The notes beneath the pieces were generated by a model. That model made no database searches. It had not been told where the DNA came from and saw only the letters and a list, made by a program, of their open reading frames with translations. This document shows positions 59,531 through 64,000 of a stretch of DNA of 64,000 nt, one piece after another; within the stretch, counting starts at the first letter, position 1, and the number at the start of each line of letters is the position of its first letter. The DNA is taken from contig OZ320318.1 of NCBI GenBank assembly GCA_976226885.1, forward strand, positions 73,470,001 through 73,534,000, read 5' to 3'. Source of the DNA: Iphione sp. A-MEVVRFRX5 (Eukaryota). The translations under genes were made by a program, and so were the position numbers.

Positions 59531-61679
59531 TCGGAGTAGTACATTTCGAAATGAGGAGGTACTCAATTCTAAGGTTGTCATTATTAATAGGAGAAGAACT
59601 ATGCTGATCGGGTCTTATGGAGTGCCATAGAGCCTGAAGGCACAGGGTAGGGAGACTGAGTGATGGCTGCCATCGTCATGACTGCTCGCTCCCGTACATG
59701 GGTAGGTACACAGTGAAGGCTATTGTGACGCTTCTACATCGATATCCATTATTGATGGGATATCAGTAACTTTGGAGGGTGACGAAGATGCCCATGATAC
59801 AGTCTGTTTGTATATGTTATTGCAACTAGTATAGTGGCAATCCAGACTAACAGCATGACTGTGGAATTTGTTGGACTAATGATTAGACGATAGACACTGG
59901 ACAGTTGCTGGTAATCCTGTTGGTATGACCAATGACCCCAGGGTCAATGTCTGTTTCTTTGTAACTGTCATTGTTGTTACTTTTACTGCGTCAATATTAT
60001 CACGATCCGTTAAGTCATTGAAATTTAGTGCCACCCATAGTATGTAGATTACTTTTATCTAGAATTAACATGGATTTCTGTTCGCTTTAACAAAGGATCG
60101 TTGGTAAGGGCCTTGAAATCACCCAACAACCCTTAGCATACTGCAAATCGAATTTGATGTGTTTTGTTCATTAGCTGTGCTATATTTAATGTTTTGTTAG
60201 TTGGATATTGTTGCTTGCTACTTCATTGGGAAAGAGTCTCAAAATATGATTGTGAGTTAAATTTCAGCCAACTTAGTAATTGACTAAAGCACTGCATTTT
60301 GTGAAGCCTGTAAAATATCTCAGAGGTTGGTTGGATTATTTGCAAATAGGTATGTTCATATCCATTTTGTATTTATAATGCGGATGGCTGTCTACCATAC
60401 TCCTATCCAATGTTGGACTAGACATTGGCATTAACTTCATTATTGATTACGTTGAATGCTGGTAAGCCTTGTATCATAACCTAGGGCTGCTGTTATTTTG
60501 TTATGCACATATCAATGGGGGAAATATTATTGAATTCTATTAAAGTGAAGGAATTGTTGAGTGTCGGTGATAAACATGTTTAACCTAGATGTATGTCCTA
60601 TACATTAATCAAGAAACTGGATACAGTATCCATACTGCTATTCGAAAGTTGCCCAGATTGACTTTTTCTGTCTGAAGCCTGGCTTGAAAGTCGTCCCTGT
60701 ACATAATGCTATGTTGCAGAAGAGGGGTTATGTTATGTCAAGACAGGATAAAACATGTGGCGACGGGATCTTGGTATATTAAGGAAAATGTGAGAGAATT
60801 ATTCGTCAATATTGGCTCAATGAGTGTGTCTGACGTGAATCTTGAGAAGCTTTGGTTGCGCTCTCATATTTGCAAGGGAAATAAAGTTTATTTGTGTATA
60901 CTATACAGTCCCCCAAAAGGTCCGTTGCATGTGTGCCTGCAAGCATTATCTAAAGATATATCCTTATTAAATCGAAACTCTCCAGGAGATATCAATGATA
61001 TACTATGGCTTGAGATCTAGTTAAAGGGATACGTTTCAGAAGTTTTTAGACTACAAATCTACAAAGGACTGGACCAGGGTAACAGTTAGCTCGAAAACCT
61101 GACCTGGTTATGACGGATATGGCCCCGGGATGATAAGCTGTGCCATACTGGACTACACTACCGGTGATCATAATCTAATAAAAGCTAGCCTGACACATGG
61201 CGGAACCCCATACATAGAATTGAAATGAGTCATTGGACCAATGTACAGTTGTTGACACGAGTTGTGGACAAGGTAGCCCCATTAAAGAATAGGGTCCAGA
61301 AAATTAATATTCATCCTCTCAGTATAACGATTTTTACAAGTCTGTATAGAGGGATAGAGATCTAGCGAGAAAGCGGCATCTGAAATCAGCTGGTCCATAT
61401 GACAGGTTGGTTATTAAGCTAGTATAGACGAAAGTCAAGAGAGAGGTGAGAAGGGCTAAAATAGTTTCATAGTAAGTAAAGCAAAAGATGGTGCTAAGGT
61501 CCCCCACCACTTTTGGAGACACATAGGGGAACAATTAGGTTTCAGAGATAGGGGTGATGATCCTAGACTAGTGAAGGATGGTATTGAGAAATTAACACCA
61601 CTAAAAATGGTTGAGAAATTTAATGACTACTATATCAATATTGTATGTAATATTGTACCCAACTCTGATGGGGTGGTAA

Positions 61680-62540
61680 CTGGTACGGGTTGGTGTATTG
61701 ATGACACCGGGGCTTCGCCTGTTCGGCAGCCCAATTATGTGGTGTGCAGCATGTGACAGGCACATGAAGTACTAGTCACTCACCCCCTCATGCCAGGGTT
61801 ACAGTAGGTTGGGATACCCAATGGTGTGCTGCACACTTGCTCTGCTGACCAAGGTGGGCATGTGGGACCAAGGTCCCGAGAAGAGGGGGAAGCTCACTCC
61901 ACCGGACGCTGGCGAGGATGACTGGCTTTGATCTAAACTTCTTTCACCCACCACAAACGGGACGTCCTCAGGGCCCCCCCGGAACTATATTTAGCATCGG
62001 GCCGGGGGAAAACGATGGCAGGCAATCATGGAAGTGGCTCAGGCATCCGTGATGATGATTGACAGGTGTCAGTGAGTATTGAATGGGTGGTGCTCAGTCA
62101 AGCATGACGTCAGAACAGGGTCTAAGCCCTAGCAGGCAAACCGGTTCCAGCCCCTCTCACCCCAGTCTAACCAGGCTACAGTGGCTCAGTGACCGCCGGT
62201 GCTACTATGACGTCATGATGTAAACCAGGCGTGACAGGTTGCCCATATGTCACCCGTGCCACTCACCCCCTGGCAACAAGGCTACAGTGGTTTGCCAAGA
62301 CCACCGGTGGTCTGGTCTACACAGTAACAAACGTACATGTCCACAGAAATAAAGGTTCCCACACCAATATAACTGAGGACTAGCACCACAAAGGGTTACA
62401 GGCTGGTCATACCAACCGCCCTGCTTTGTACGTGTTACACTATAACTGAGTCCTGCCCACTCTCTCTGCTGAACACCTACCTCTCAAAGCACGTCCGCTC
62501 AGCTCCACTCCTGAGAGAGTCCTCGAGTGATGGGCAGATA
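61680..62540. mobile_element. GC-richer LTR-like insertion inside the decayed LINE
   Basis: It interrupts ORF2. It carries two TGACGTCA palindromes (62105, 62208), internal repeats CACTCACCCCCT and AGGCTACAGTGG, and AATAAA at ~62348. Boundaries are approximate. Confidence 0.35.
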
Positions 62541-64000
62541 CTGCAGTAGATCTGATACCTCAAAGGTTGCAGATGGTGCTGATGCCATTTATACTAGAAT
62601 GTACTGCACAGTTGAACTGACCTCGAACAATTCATCAAATCTGTATGTGGAGCTGCACTGCTGCTCTAAGCTGACAATATCGTTTTGGTGGTCAGGGGTA
62701 AATCTGACAACAATTGTACTGATAGGTTGAAAGATGCTTTGTCGGATGTGATCAACTGGTCCAGAAAAAAGAACCAAATGCAGATAAATTTTAGTAAGAC
62801 TAAGTATCTAAGGCCATTATGCAAAGTTTGGCAAGCAATTACAGCCTCTGTCTATCAGGAGTGTCTAAATAGCTAAGGTAAACCGTCTTCGTTATCTGGG
62901 GGTCTTACTCGACAATAGGTTAAATTTTAAGCCATATCTGCTAGAATGCTCAGAAAGAGGCATCATAAGTTGAGGCTTCTAATGGATGATAAAAGGTAAG
63001 TTGATGGTAATATTATTAAGAACCTGGCGCTAACGTTGGATATGCCAGTGCTTGACTATGCTTTGTATGTCCTGGCTGAGGTCAGGGTGGGTTATATGAT
63101 AGGATGGTAACATTGAGAAAGAGATTATATTAGTCATATCTGAAGACCCACGGTGTGACCCGTGAAGTGATGGGAGGAGGAGTTAAGAGTTAATGCTGAG
63201 GTAGGATCTCTCTGGATAGTACACGATATTATCACTTCTGTGCAAAGCTCTAACCCTGCCTCATTAGCACGTGTGATTAGGAGGAGGAAGAGATTAGTAT
63301 CTGACAGGCCAAAGTTTAATAAGTCAAAGAAATAACTGTATTATCAGTCACACATGTTTTGGTTAATGTTGAGTCCAGAAATAACTAATTATAATCAGGA
63401 GCATTTTAGGAGTTACATGAGCTGTAGAAAGAGAAGCAGTCAGGTCATTAACACTTTTTTAATTGGAAAGGATCAATGAATTTTGACCTAGCACGCATAG
63501 ACACCGGGAGGTGGTCTTGCATGTAGGATGTGATGCTAGGAGTTCCCCCTATTTTGTAGCCATAGATGTGAGGATGCCAAATACGACGTTGTTCTGAGGG
63601 AAAGGTAAGTGTATCTAATATGTATGTATGGTAGATTATTGAATTGCTCGTGCACATATTGAAAGTTAATAACATGCCTGTCAGATAGCAGTGAAATAAG
63701 AAATATGTACATCCAGTAATAAGGTGAGTTCCGCATATCGTTACACTGGAAATGTAATATATGTACCCAACTAATGCATATTAGGCAGGTTGGATAGTTA
63801 GAAAGGAAGACTAGAAAGACTATAGCTAGCAATTGCGCAGTTATTATTTGTGGGATTCGGGAAGATGGAGGAATTGGCAAAAAAGGATACACGTGAAGCT
63901 GCCAATATGGCCCATTCCATCATTATATCATGCAAATCTGTATAATTTGTCTGATTATTGGCCAACAATATCACGGAAGTGAATCAGAAGGATGGAATTC

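Larger units (their letters stand above)
58200..63400 (+). mobile_element. old decayed LINE with RRM/CTD-NADAR-SGNH ORF1 and APE-RT ORF2
   Basis: NKSMLRG and IEVDGIWY (ORF1 CTD), NADAR ~58585-59015, SGNH ~59160-59530, APE ~60580-61200 (E.WL, LYSPP, GDIN, WTRVT, DH), FNDYYINI, and late RT motifs (*ADNIVL, INFSKTKY, RYLGVLLDNRLNF). Confidence 0.75.

Overview
Eukaryotic (probably invertebrate animal) genomic DNA made almost entirely of transposable elements, with no confidently identifiable host gene, rRNA, intact tRNA gene or CRISPR array. Two young elements dominate. (1) A minus-strand Ty3/Gypsy LTR retrotransposon (19885-29431). Its integrase C-terminus runs in frame into two C2H2 zinc fingers and then a long accessory ORF with 7 frame-preserving repeats. 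Its 5' PBS holds 49 nt of mature tRNA-Leu (3' half with CCA), and tandem miniature LTR-PBS-gag fragment-PPT units follow it. (2) A plus-strand CR1-group LINE (~41090-48678). Its ORF1 ends in a NADAR (YbiA-like) domain and is followed by an extra SGNH-hydrolase-like ORF ahead of the APE-RT ORF2. A much older, decayed LINE at ~58.2-63.4 kb shows the same RRM-NADAR-SGNH-APE-RT order. Also present: a Sola1-type DNA transposon with TIRs and ATTT TSD, a DIRS/Ngaro-like gag ORF, pogo/Tigger, Tc1, Penelope-like, Gypsy and LINE remnants, MITEs, SINE heads and a CCAAT/kB/TATA promoter-like array. All domain calls come from motif recognition by eye, not database searches.
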